Below, piece after piece: positions 22,720 through 35,089 of a stretch of DNA of 64,000 bases. Origin of the DNA: Balanoglossus misakiensis (lineage: Eukaryota > Animalia > Hemichordata); the NCBI GenBank assembly GCA_040954595.2, contig CM082584.2, positions 1,226,281 through 1,290,280 on the forward strand. Reading direction: 5' to 3'. The position numbers and the translations under genes are program-made. The notes under the pieces were generated by a model. The model was not told the origin of the DNA. It saw only the letters and a program-made list of their open reading frames with translations, and made no database searches. Every line of letters starts with the position of its first letter. Positions within the stretch are counted from its first letter, which is position 1.

Positions 22720-25620
22720 ATCGGAGTTCAGGCTGTGTTAGGGCGTTTTATTGAATTACGCTGAGTTTGGATTGACCACTGTGTTACCACTGAAATTTCT
22801 CATAGCAATGTTCTTTCAATTTCGAGTCTTTGCAATGTTGTTGACTCCGACCATATTCCTGTTTCAATAGAGGTTCATTTCAACACTTCTGCTGATGAAA
22901 GCTTCAGCAGTAGTTCCTTCAAGCAATGTAATTTTCGAGTTGATTGGAAAAAATTGTCACAGCTGAATATATCCGCCTACACCCGTTGTACCAAAGCCAA
23001 GGTTGATAAGATTAATTTATCCGAAGAGTTATTCTGCACTAATGTGAACTGTACAGACCCTTCGCATTTACAGGCATTTGATACTTGTTATAGTAGTATT
23101 GTGGTCGCGTTGAATTGTGCTGCAAAAGGTACCATTAGGCGTAAGTTTCACCAGAAAGTTCATGTTGTGCCTGGCTGGAACGATTTTGTAAAAGAAAGTC
23201 ACGACTATGCCCGTTCCATGTTTTTATTATGGGTTAATGGGGGTAAACCTAAACAAGGCCCGCTTTTTGAAACTATGAAATCTTCCAGAGCTCGTTTTAA
23301 GTATGCTTTACGTGCTTGTAAAAAGATTGAGAATCAAAATAGGGCTGACAAGATGGCTGACAACTTACGCTGCCACAAACAGAACGACTTCTGGAAGGAA
23401 GTCAGAAAGCAAACTAGCCGAAAAATGCCGCTTTCTGACACTGTAGGTGGAGCGACTGGTGAGAGTGAAATTGCAATTATGTGGCACAAGCATTTCAGTG
23501 ATATTTTGAATTCTGTCCAGGTTCAGACTGGTAAAAATGACATCGAGGAGAAAATGAAGTATGTTAAATTTTATTCTGATATGTATGTTTCTGAAGAAGA
23601 AGTAATTTCTGCTATACATAAGTTACCTGACGATAAGACAGCTGACAATATTTCAGCTGAGCACCTCAAATTCTCAGACTCCTCTATTTTACCCATTTTG
23701 ACTTGTTGTATTAATGCTATGATTGTTCATGGTTACCTGTCAACTGAGGCAATCAAAGTTATTTTAGTTCCAATTAAGGATAAAACTAAGCTTTGTAGTG
23801 ATGCCAGTAACTACCGGCCGATAGCACTAGCAACTGTTTTCTCTAAAGTTTTTGAGCCTATTTTACTTTCTCGTTGTGAGGAGTTTCTTACCTCTCATTA
23901 TTTACAATTTGGTTTCAAGCGAGAACATTCAACTGACCTGTGTTTATTTGCATTTAAAGAAATCATTAGCTACTACACCAGCAATGGAAGACCAGTGTTT
24001 ACTTGTTTTCTGGATGCTTCGAAAGCTTTTGACAGAGTTAATCACTTTAAACTGGTTAACAAGCACATCGACATGAATGTTCCCTTGTATGCTGTACGAA
24101 TTTTATATTAATGGTACAGAAATCAATTGTTTACTGTATTACGGCTGGTTTCTCATGGTTGTTCATGCATCGGGGAATCTGTAGCGATGAGGTATCGGGC
24201 TCTGACGAGAACAATGATCCACGGAGACACGTATCTGATTCACGTTCATTTATTGTGCAGAACTACTCCAGTACATCAAATACGCCCAGTAAAGTACATG
24301 AGGAAGGGAACGAGCTCAGTAGCCTGAGGTACTCCCATCTCCCGTTAGATTATTTCTCCTCAACTTTGGAAACAAAGTTCTCTTATAATTACTTTTCTCA
24401 AGGCGTGGTTAATAATGTAAAATATATGTGTTACAATTTCATTGGGCATCAGTCAACTCTATACGAACCAATTTACATAAGGTGTTATATAACAAAGTCA
24501 GTTCGGTGATGATTGACAATCAGAGCAGTCAGTTAAACACCCGCTCTCCCTATCTACTTCAAATACATAAAATCAAATACTATCAAACATTGACATTTCC
24601 GAGCTCTGGATTGATTAACCCTTGAAATCGTATTTGACCTTTATACAGATCGTAACAACTGTGTTGTGGGGTAATGAAACCTCAGAGTTGTTTTCTGTTT
24701 CTAACGGTGTAAGACAAGGGGGAGTACTCTCTCCCTATCTTTTTAATGTCTACATTGATGATCTTATCAATGCACTCTGTAAAGCCAAAGTTGGCTGTAC
24801 CATGTGTGGTGTCAGCGCTAACATTTTAGGTTACGCTGAAGACATGACTCTACTCAGTCCAAGTATTAAGGGTCTACGCCGTCTTCTTAGAATTTGTGAA
24901 ATTTATGGCAAGGATTATGATATCATTTATAATTCTAGTAAAACTGTGTGCATGCTTTTTAATGGGAAGAATATGAGCGTTCAAAGAATTCCTTCGGTTA
25001 AACTTAATGACATCACTTTAAAGTTTGTACCTGTACACACCTATCTGGGCCATGTTATATCTTGTGATGGTTGTGATAATGAAGATATTGAACGACAGAG
25101 AAGAGCATTTTGTGTTAGAGCAAACATGCTATTGAGACATTTTCAACATTTTAGTCAAGATGTGAAGAAAGTTTTATTTTTGGCATATTGTAGTAATATT
25201 TACTGTTGCAGTTTGTGGGCATCCTTTAAAGTTAAACCGATGAAAAAAATTAAAACTATGTACAATAATGGTTGGAGAAGACTTCTCGGTCTTCCGCCAT
25301 TTTGCAGTGCATCGGGTATGTTTGCTACAAACCATGTACATGTATTGTCACTTGGTGAAGTTTTTAGACGCAATATGTACAGTTTTAAGCGTAGACTCGA
25401 AAATTCTTCTAATGTTTTACTTGATGCGATCTGTTCATCAAATGGAGCGACTGACAGCATATTTTTTCAAACATTGGCGAAAGCAATTGTATATCATGTA
25501 ATTTTGCAGAGTTTTTTTTTGTGTGTCTCAGTTTCAGATTTTCATTAGTGTTTTTTTTTCTTCTCTCTTTTGGGTATATGGACTTATTTTTAAAGTCTGA
25601 AATAAAGAATTATTATTATT
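22720..25620 (+). mobile_element. 5'-truncated non-LTR retrotransposon (RTE-X-like LINE), degenerate
   Basis: Endonuclease tail (WIDHCV, DSDHIP); RT motifs NYRPIAL, QFGFK, FLDASKAFDRVNH, GVRQGGVLSP, YAED (decayed YADD), YLG. In-frame stop at 24109-24111. Ends AATAAAG(AAT/ATT)n. Clade call rests on recalled PGWN...GKP motifs. Confidence 0.85.
24137..24657. mobile_element. Solo LTR (Gypsy-like) inserted in the LINE RT
   Basis: Termini TATTACG (TG>TA decayed)...CGTAACA with 4-bp TSD ACTG (24133-36 / 24658-61). Removal restores RT frame W-Y-R-N-Q-L-F-T-V-L-W-G. Confidence 0.85.
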
Positions 25621-26369
25621 TGTTAGCTGTTGCCATTCAAATGTGTCTACGCAAACCCGGCTACACTGGCAGTGGACTTTGACCCTAAGTCGCTAATGTT
25701 GTGGGAGGTTTCATTACCATTGTAGTCACATGTAGTGGATAGTAGTTTGGGAAATTGGGTGAAATACGTCAGCAGACCAGTGATTTTCTTGCACGAAGGG
25801 AGTATGGTACCAGCAATAATCAGAGATCAGGCTTCGTTGCCTTTCAAAAGTTCCTACTTCAGTCGTGATGTTGCAACTGGACGGTTCAGTATGGGGGTCG
25901 GCCCGCAGGTGGCCGTGTGGGTTATCAGGTCGCCCGTAACGACACGCAGCTACATGCAGCTGTATGGGACCAAAATAATACACCCGATTCGGGTGTCACC
26001 TGTGACACCTGCATAACTCAATAATTATGTGCATGCGTAATTGTGGGGTCAATGAAAGGGGTGGTAGCGTGGTATTTGTTGCACATGGATCAATATGAAG
26101 TCCGATTTTCCCGTCAAGTTGTGGGCGACCTTATGTGACCTTTCACCTACTTTTGCTTAGTGAGCATCCACAGCAGATGCATGCAGCTTTGGCTTGGGGG
26201 AGGGGGGCATATACGGATGGGACCATAATGATATACCAAAGGCGGGGTCACCTGGTGCACCTGCCTAAGTCATTGATTTTGTACATTTAATTGGACACTA
26301 ACCAACAGGGCGATAGGTGTGGTTTTTGTTCCACAGGGACGAATGTAAGTGTCAGTTGCTTTTTGCCCA

Positions 26370-27245
26370 AATGTCCATTGAGGCCTGTATCCGTGATCTT
26401 AAGGACTGGATAACCCAAAACAAGCTTCAACTCAACGACTCCAAAACTGAGATTCTACTTATTCGTTCACAATTTCATCACTCTGCTGATGCTATTGACA
26501 AGATTACCATTGGTTCAAGCTCTGTTCCCGTCGTTAAATCAGCTCGCAATATTGGTGTAATATTTGACAATACGCACATGTATAAAGATCACATCAAGAA
26601 AACTTGTCAATCAATATATTACCACTTTCGCCGTGTCGGACAAATCAGGAAATTTCTTAACAAAGCAACATGTCAAACAGTGATTCATGCTATTTTGGCA
26701 GCGAAACTCGACTATGGTAATGCATTACTGTATGGTATACCAGAAAGCAGTCTGAACCTTCTACAACGCACACAAAATACAGCTGCAAGAATCATAACTC
26801 AGTCCAGGAAGTCTGCCCATATAACGCCAGTTCTTCAACTTCTTCATTGGTTACCAGTTCGCCACAGGATAGAGTATAAAATTAATCTGCTCACATACAA
26901 AGCCTTAAATAATCTCGCTCCGAACTATATCCGCGATCTCATTCGGACATATTCTCCTTGTCGCAGGCTTCGTTCAGCTAATAAGAGCCTTTTATGCATT
27001 ACAATGTACAAACGTTCTTCATACGGTGGCCGAGCATTCTCACATGCTGCACCGAAACTGTGGAACTCTCTGCCACAAGACATTCGTCAAGCTCCAAGTT
27101 TGAGTATCTTTAAGAAAAGACTGAAGACGCATTATTTCGCAAGAGCATATGGTGTGGGCCAATAAGCACAAGCGCCTTTGAGTATGACACTTGTTATAGA
27201 TACTGGCGCTATACAAATTTCTCTGATTGATTGATTGATTGATGT
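26370..27245 (+). mobile_element. L2/CR1-group LINE 3' fragment
   Basis: ORF 26317-27165 with WITQNKLQLNDSKTE, LDYGNALL, LHWLPV, APKLWNSLP; 3' end GGCGCTATACAAAT followed by a (GATT)n tail. Confidence 0.9.
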
Positions 27246-27879
27246 ATAAGGTGATTTGGATGACCTCTGTCATACAGTGCCATATCTCATCCCGTTGTAC
27301 AGGTGCAGCGTTGGTATTTGGAGGGATGAAACTATCATGAAATGCCAAATACAGGGGGATACCTTTGACACCTGCTTGATTCATGTATTACGTGCATACC
27401 TAATGTTAGGCAAAGTGAAAGGGCTGCAAATGTACGATTTGTTGCACAAGACATAAACAGGAATGACATTTTTCTGTCAAATTTTTGAATGACCTCAGGT
27501 GTCCATTCACCTGCTTTCCACATGTTAGCATGCACATCATATATAGCCACGTGTTTGGAGGGGTAGGGTAGGACCGTCATGAAATGCTAAATTCCTAGGG
27601 ACACCTGTAATTTACTTGCGTAACTCATTATTATGGCCATACCCAATTTTAAAAACCCAAAGGGCGAGAATTTTCCGTTGTCTTGAATATGAACCAAATA
27701 GGAATCCAAATTGTTGGCCCAATTTTTGAGTACCCTCAGCTGACCTTTGAAGTACTTAACTGAAGTCCTTACATAACGTAGAAGTTCACTTTTGGTTGTT
27801 GTGTTTGTACTTGTAGGACATCCATTTCGGGTGGTTGCCTACTTCCCCATATCTCCACATCCAGAGCAAATACAGCCTA

Positions 27880-29154
27880 CACATTTGAATGGTACAACCC
27901 TGAATGGAGTCTAATGGTTATTATCTCTATGCTTGGGCCCCTTCAATGCTGCTTGCAGCTTTAATTATTACTATTATTATTGTCACGATATAAAGACACC
28001 AACTAAAAACTTACAAAATCACAATGTCTTCACAACTCAAAATTTCACTCACTTTTTTTAGTTTGGTAGCCACCCCTCCTTTCTGTCCTAGCATAACAGG
28101 AGCACCATCACTGCCCAAAGCAGACAGACGATCTCTTAAGACAATACCATTCTCTGAAGAAAACTTTTTCACTGACTGTGCAATGGTGTCTGCTCTGCCA
28201 TCACCAACCTAAAAAAGTGAAAATAAAACATTGATGTTAACACATGCAATGTACAACTCAATGTTTGTCTCACCTGAATAACTAGTCAGCAAAATCAATT
28301 AAATGAGGTCACTCAAAAACATGTTTAATCGTATGTTTTTAATTCAGTGTAGACTTAAAAATTGAAAAACTTTCCACTTACTTCTTTAACTCCAAGGAAA
28401 GACACAACTGACTTCCCAGACTTCAAGGTGTACTTGGAATAGATGATTAATTGCTTCAATACAGCCACATCAGTTGTTTTCATCTATTCACAGTGAATAG
28501 AAGTTACTTCCTTTCATCTTCTCTAAAATCTCATCACGGATGACTTTGCCTGAAAAATGAAATAAATGAAAATTACTCTTCAGATTAAACTTATCAAAAT
28601 TCACAGTAATTTGTACAGTAATTATTATTTATTGAGTGTAACACTATTGCTTAAACAGTGATCCTTTCTTGAAAACAACCAGGTTTAAATAAATGTTACT
28701 ACATTGCCTACAATTTAGATCTGCACAAAAATCAGTAGACCTACTTACCAATGCAATAAACCATTATAGTTGTGGTCATCACTGCTGAGAGTACCAAGGA
28801 ATAAACACCCGAGGGACTTTGCCAATTCCAAAACATGGATGAAGTTGGTGGTGTGTGGCAATTCTCTGTGCATGAGAAAATACATGCATCGTAGGACGCC
28901 GATGCATGAAGGCTTGCGTCTCAACGGTGATGACCTTGTCAAATGCAGCCACAAGACCGCTGCTGTTCTCGATAACTGCTGCCTCGGCGTCAAGCTGCAT
29001 TGCCGCCCGGTCGATAATCGTCTCTTCATGCTGCTTGAGTTTGTCTTCGCGAAGGGTGGTACATGTACATGTACATGGAGATGTTGTAACCCAAGTCCCT
29101 CCGCACTTGGCCTTCTGCTTGTGTTTTGTACAAAGGCGACAAAACATCCCTAAA
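27880..29154 (-). pseudogene. ZNF862-like hAT transposase remnant with spliceosomal introns
   Basis: Exons with canonical AG/GT at 29154-28749 (MFCRLC..., ELPHTTNF; frameshifted), 28549-28382 (..TTDVAVLKQL, SFLGVKE) and 28208-28053 (DGRADTI, LGSDGAPVMLGQKGGVATKLK). No termini found. Confidence 0.8.
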
Positions 29155-30281
29155 CTGAAGAAATATCATTCTCTCAAATGCCAGCCGCATGCGGGAGCGT
29201 GCACCAGAAACAATAAATATTTACCAAGGCGGGAATGAAAAGAAAGCAGGGCGGCGCGTAAGATAGCAGGGTGGCAAAAAATAAAGGAGGGTGGGTCTGC
29301 CCAGCTAACCCCCCCCCCCCCCCAAGTATTAACGCTCTGTGTTTACCATAGACTAATAGTGTCTCAAATTTTACCCTGTGTGAACCTGGTAAGAGACGTG
29401 TCTCAAATCTGAGAAGATTCAGGACCACTTAAACCATTCACCAATAATAATTTATGCCAGTATTTGATCTGAGACGTTTTAGCAATTTCTTGTGTGACCC
29501 CCATATCAGTTGAAGCTGACAAATCCAGTATTTTGAATTTTTACATGGATTTTGTATACAGTGTGAATTGTAATTAAAGCTCCATTACCTTTACCTTTTT
29601 CATATGTTTTCAGTATCTTTGTTTAGCAGTTTCTTGTGCAAATTCCCGAAACATGATGAAACATATATGTGTATGGTCAGCATTGTTATTGTGCCAAATT
29701 GGAATTTAAGTCCAGACTAGAATCCATGAATTATTGTCAACAATGACAATGGCCATTATACACATACATTCTGTGCTGACAAGTAACAATCTGTGTGGAG
29801 TAGAACATGAAATCGCATTTGCTACATAGAACAAAAATACTGGAAATAAAGCCAAAAGATACAACGAATGTATATTTAACTTTAACTGCATTCTCATTCT
29901 CATCTGTATATATTTTACTGAGATTGTTTCATCAGGGTTTATCAGTATTCTAAACCAGCTTATGTGTGCATACAATCTGATTAAAATCAGATGTAGGGTA
30001 CGGCGACGTCTTTTACTTCGCAGTACGGTATTCTTATACTGTCGCCTCACACTACATCTGACCAACTCCCATAGAAGCTCCCGTTGAAAACTCTAGTAAA
30101 CCAATCAGACGGTGCCTTATAGAGAACTTTAGGTATCCTTCAGTTTCGATTGACATAACGTGCAATCTGATTGGCCTGGCCGCAACGGGACGTTGAACAA
30201 GCTTCTATATCTGATTCATATAATACTGAAAGGGTTAAGAATGGCACACACTACATGTATGAGCTCATGGAATGTGTTTCT

Positions 30282-31105
30282 TCCCATAGGATAACATTAA
30301 GAATTGATAGAAAACCCTTTTCTACTATTGTAATTTTAAGAAGTTTCACTCATAACTCATCCAAATGAAATTAAATTGAGTGATTCATATAAGTTGTAGG
30401 CTCACCACTGTGCTCAGTTTTGAGATAAACTTAAATGTGTCCATGCCTATATAAAAATAACATAGAAAGACCTATGGTGAAAAATGTTGACTTTAATTCA
30501 GGCTGCATTAGTGGAAAAATAATCATACTTTGTCTGGCATAGAAACTCAGAATCTACAAAAAAGGCCTTTAAAACATGAATGGAAATGAAAATACTGCTA
30601 CAATAAGAAATTCTTACCTTGAATAAAGTATTTATTGGTACCACCACTTCCATAAAGAAACCACTGTGCTGGTGTATTGAGTTGTCAATTTGGGTTTGCT
30701 CATTGGCCTTGCTTTGAGTTCCAATTCATGATGATGGTGTATTAGGGCACTGGACTTGACACAGGTGTATGCTGGTATTATATACGTTGAAAGTATTGTC
30801 ATTCTTTTAATTGTGGATTTTTAGATTATGCTGTGTATGTATAATGAGAATCCGTTAAAAATTGTAGGGGTCGTTGCCCTTTTTAAAAAAAATACAGAGC
30901 CATGAATTTAGTTGATAATAGAAGAAATTTGCTGTCTCAGCATTTTTCACCAATGGTTTGTCTATGGGCGAAGATTTTAACGCAATTTATCTCATAATAG
31001 AGCTTGGTGACCACATAATTTTTTTTAACCAATGAATTTACGTTTACTTGTCTGAGCTATGTGTAAAATTTCGTGAAAAAGACAATAGTAGAAGTTTGTT
31101 TTCTG
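30282..31105. repeat. Diverged inverted pair of a dispersed repeat (related copy at ~20775-20945)
   Basis: TTCTACTATTGT...TTTGAGATAAAC...GGTGAAAAATG.TGA at ~30320-30490; reverse complement at ~30937-31105. Confidence 0.55.
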
Positions 31106-31485
31106 GCAATTATCGATGTAATCCTTTCAGGAACAGACACACATGCACTGTTTATCAGTTTATGTTGTGCGTGTACATCCTTAAATGGTATTTGCCTCTC
31201 ATGCCTTCCAAATTGTGATTCTGTTCTAGTGTTTTTGTTAAGGGCGGTACCTAGATAAAATCTACCGGAGTACCCCAGTCACTCCGAATTAAAACAACAG
31301 AACAAGGCCAATGTCACAGTGGTCAGGCAGTCTACCAGAGTTCCCCAGTCATTTCACCGGGGTTCCCCTGGGTGTATCAATGTGGTTATATTAGGAGGTT
31401 ATAGGAATATTAACGGGGTTCCCAAATCCATTACCAATGTTCCCCGACCTTTGCAAAAACACTGTGTTCTTTTTATCCTCCACAG

Positions 31486-32060
31486 GAAGAGACAAAGAAA
31501 AGCATAGCAACCTCTGCTGATACTGCCACAACAAGCACAAGCACAAACACACCCCAGCCTGTAGCTTCTGCGAACCAACAACCCCCACCCTATCCAGCCG
31601 CAGCATACCAGCAACACTTCCAGCAGATGTCATACCCGAACCCATTCGTGTCTCAGTACGCTGCGTTTGCAGGAGCCGGACAGCCGCCACAACACAGAGA
31701 TGAGGCATCGAACAACGACAACACCGTTCAACCGCCAGCCGATGCAACACCCCAGGCAGATGTCAACACTCTCCTAGCACCAGAACCTGCAACTGCCAAC
31801 ACAGAAAACACCCCAAGAGAAATGCCAATGACAATGCTACCACAGAGACAAACATACGACAAAGAAATGTCAGCCAGCAAGGGTATGAGCAACCCAGAAG
31901 AAGAAACGACACACTATCAAATCAGAATAATCGCCAGATACGTCAGCAAGAAAATAGTAATTCTTTCGTGTTGATAGTGCTGTTGAGTCTAGCCTTAGCA
32001 GCTCTTATGTTGAGACGATTATTCATTACATACGAGTTTAAATTTGATTATAATGTGTAG
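31486..32060 (+). pseudogene. UBE2J1: Terminal coding exon of ubiquitin-conjugating enzyme E2 J1 (tail-anchor exon), with one frameshift
   Basis: Strong acceptor TTTTTATCCTCCACAG|GAA; low-complexity P/Q/T/N linker; after a 1-nt frameshift at ~31820 the frame ends VLIVLLSLALAALMLRRLFITYEFKFDYNV*, matching the recalled UBE2J1 C-terminal TM pattern (LxLALAALxxRRxxxxxE..FD). Confidence 0.75.
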
Positions 32061-32685
32061 TTTATGAAAATATTTAATTAATTCACAACTGATGACAGGT
32101 CAAATGTTATTATTTTCCTCGAGTTTTCATACACATCTGGAATGTTGTCTATATCTTAACAAAAACTATTGTTGAAAAGTCCTGGTGAAAAATCAAGCCA
32201 GCCATTATTTATTGTATTGAAATAGATGGGGGGAGGCACAATGAAAATGGCATATGTTTAGCCTATAGATTTCTGGAAACCACTGGTGAACTCGCTGATA
32301 GTACTGAGCAATCTGAATGATATGAACATAGTGGTTATTTGGTTGTAGATACAAGACCTCTCTGCAAAATTTTCCTCAAAGAGGTTTTAAATCCGTAACC
32401 AAATATAAGCGCACACCATTTATAATGTCATTATATATAATATGATTTTGTGTGATAAAAAATCTGATGTTTGGATTTTAAGTATTACATGCCAGAAAGG
32501 CCTCGTTGCTCACTGCTCATGAAAATGCCACTTGTACAAACATGTTCTAGAATTTCTTAAAGTAGAGCGCCCTGATGCCCATGACCAATCCAAGTTTATA
32601 AATTGTGTTCTATTCAGGTGCATTCTCTTTTGTGTATTTTATTTCAGTTATTTACTGTTCAGGTCTTCTAGTAGAGAATGTTATG

Positions 32686-33085
32686 ACAGAACCCCATGGC
32701 TCGATCGTGCAAGCACGGCGTAACGGTAGTATTTGCATCGAGTGTCTGGCGGTGTATTCTTGCGCCCGTCCCCCGCACAAGCTGTCGCTCGTGCGGGGGG
32801 CAGCAAGAATACACCGCCAGCACGAGTGCAAATACTACCGGTACGCCGTGCTTGCACGATTGAGCCATGGGGTTCTGTTTTTATTACATATGTTCATCCC
32901 ATTTTGAATAAAAGACCGAAAATGAAAGAAATGAGACCGCGGAATGATATTGCTTGTTTCGTGAACAGGCCACTCATTTGCATACAGGTATAGCATAATG
33001 TTTTTGGTATTGCACTGAGTGCAAATACCGATGTTACGCGCGCGCTCGGTGCAAGTAATCGACGGTACATATGTAATAAAAACCC
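32686..33085. mobile_element. Long-hairpin non-autonomous element (Crypton-like, tentative)
   Basis: ~190-bp near-perfect GC-rich palindrome at 32686-32878, followed by the inverted pair TTTTATTACATATGT...ACATATGTAATAAAA (32879-33083). Confidence 0.5.
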
Positions 33086-34638
33086 TTGCTTCAACCAATT
33101 ACAGAGCTTCAATCAGACCAAGTATACCCTGGTATTATAAATTTATGATCTATGTTATACAGGTATAGGACATTTTGTCTTTCACCATGTTTACACTGGG
33201 TAAAATGAGAAACATTTCAGATACCAGGTTCAGGCAGGGAAAAATTTGAGACACTATTTGCCTATGGTAAACACAGAGCATTAATCCATTGAGTCGTTTG
33301 TGTCCACACACACAAAGTTTATGTATAGGCACTGCGAGGCTCGGCCCCATAGACAATGGGTTGCGAAGAGGTGTTAATCATTACACCGGATCAGGTCTGG
33401 CTGACAAAACCGTCTCAAATCTGAAAAGTTCCAGGAAGACTTTAATTGTTCATAAAGTATTTTTTATGTCAATGTTTGAGTTGAGATGTTTCAGAAAACT
33501 TTCAATGGTCCCTATGTGAATGCCCTATTTTTAGTTCCTTTGTGTTGTATGTACAAACACATACAAGTTTCAGCTTTAGGGATCAGTCAGAGCATATTAT
33601 CAAGCAGTCTGTCTATCGGTTGCTATGTGTGTGTGTGTGTCATCTCCACAAAAAATATGTAGCACTACATGTACTTCATGAATCACAATATACACACAGT
33701 GACTGGCTGTGAGGGTAACATGTGGATGACATGATGGTGTTATAATGCTATTAAGTGCAAATGTAAAACCTGGACTACAGGCAAGATTTTTGAAAGGACG
33801 GTAAATGTTGATACAAAGAATGTTTGAGTCAGCCTATGCACGTGAACTCAAATATACAGAAAAATTTACAAATCTTAAAGTAACATTTTCATATGGAATT
33901 GTGTACTTTTGAAAATCATTTCAAAATCATGTTATAGACTTGTTGAAAGACTGTTGACTACATCTGAATAAAAAGAAACATGAAATTCAAGCAATAACCA
34001 GTATTTTACTTCTCTCTTGTACATAATCATCATGACATGATCAATAGGTCATTTTCATGATCCCTATGTGACTTCTTGACTTGCATATTCATTGGAATGA
34101 ATCCTCTATAATGATTTAAAACTCTGTAAGTGCCAATAATATTCACTAATTTGAATTCCCATTTTGATCTATTTTTTGAAAAACTTTTCGCCATGTATAG
34201 CTCGCACTATTTCTACAAAACAGGGACAAATTGGCTGAATTTCCAATGTTGTGTTAACTGTTTTATTAATCATGAGGAAAAAGCGCCGGGCTTATAACTT
34301 CCACGGGCGCGCCCAACATTATTTGGGCGATACCATTTTGTGGTAGGTGTCACTGGCAAACATGCACCGGACTTCTGATTTATATACTACATGTACTAGG
34401 GTCTCACTTGTTGCAACAGTGTTAAAGAAATCAAACGGTTTTGTTTTGGCCGGTAAACACCGATGGATTAACTCTTAAGTCCATCGTGCATCCAAACGCA
34501 GTCGAGTCGGTTCGGTCATTGTTTATGCGACAGTTAATGCCAAATGTGACAGAAGCATCATATTAAATGAGATAGAATACACAAACAAACAAACATACGA
34601 ATAAACAAACAGGCAAACAAACAAACAAACAACCATTA

Positions 34639-34891
34639 GGGACTGTTCAGAATTTACTTCCAAGTTGGGGATGGAGGATTTTTTATTTTCCTGGTGATTT
34701 TTTCCCATGGTCTCCCCTAGTAAATTGTGGAGGAAATATGTGGTCCCCCCTTAAATTTCCTGGGGATTTTCCATGGTCCCCCTATTGTGACTTTTATGTC
34801 TAGTCTCCCCTAATTTGTCTTGGAGAAAATGGGTGGTCCCCCCCCCCTCTGAAAATTCTCCGCCCCCTGGAAGTAAATTCTGAACAGTCCC
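34639..34891. mobile_element. PIF/Harbinger-type MITE
   Basis: 24-bp perfect TIR GGGACTGTTCAGAATTTACTTCCA with TTA TSD on both sides. Confidence 0.88.
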
Positions 34892-35089
34892 TTATTAAAG
34901 CCAACAGCTAGCACCCTGGCTTCTCTGCCAGAGGAGCGATAACATCGACAAAATGCAGATACACAAGAAATGAGCACTTTATTCCACAAGTGAAGTAGTC
35001 TGTTCCCTGCCCCATTCCCACCGCTGGCTGCGCCCTTGAGCGTAGCGCCGATGGCAGTGGGAATGGGGCAGGGGACCTAGTCCAGGAGC

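Larger units (their letters stand above)
22165..26368 (+). mobile_element. Helentron/HINE-like non-autonomous element interrupted by a LINE
   Basis: Starts with T-rich flank and hairpin GGGGACCAAGCG-tcctcagg-CGCTTGGTCCCC. An internal repeated block (GGACTTTGACC...CAGACCAGTGATT) occurs at ~22571-22690 and ~25674-25790, on both sides of the LINE. Right boundary approximate. Confidence 0.5.

Noticed and set aside
29433-30234. Possible non-autonomous piggyBac (TTAAACCATTCA...TGAAAGGGTTAA)
   Set aside because: The left end has 2 mismatches in 8 bp and lies inside another repeat; too weak to call.
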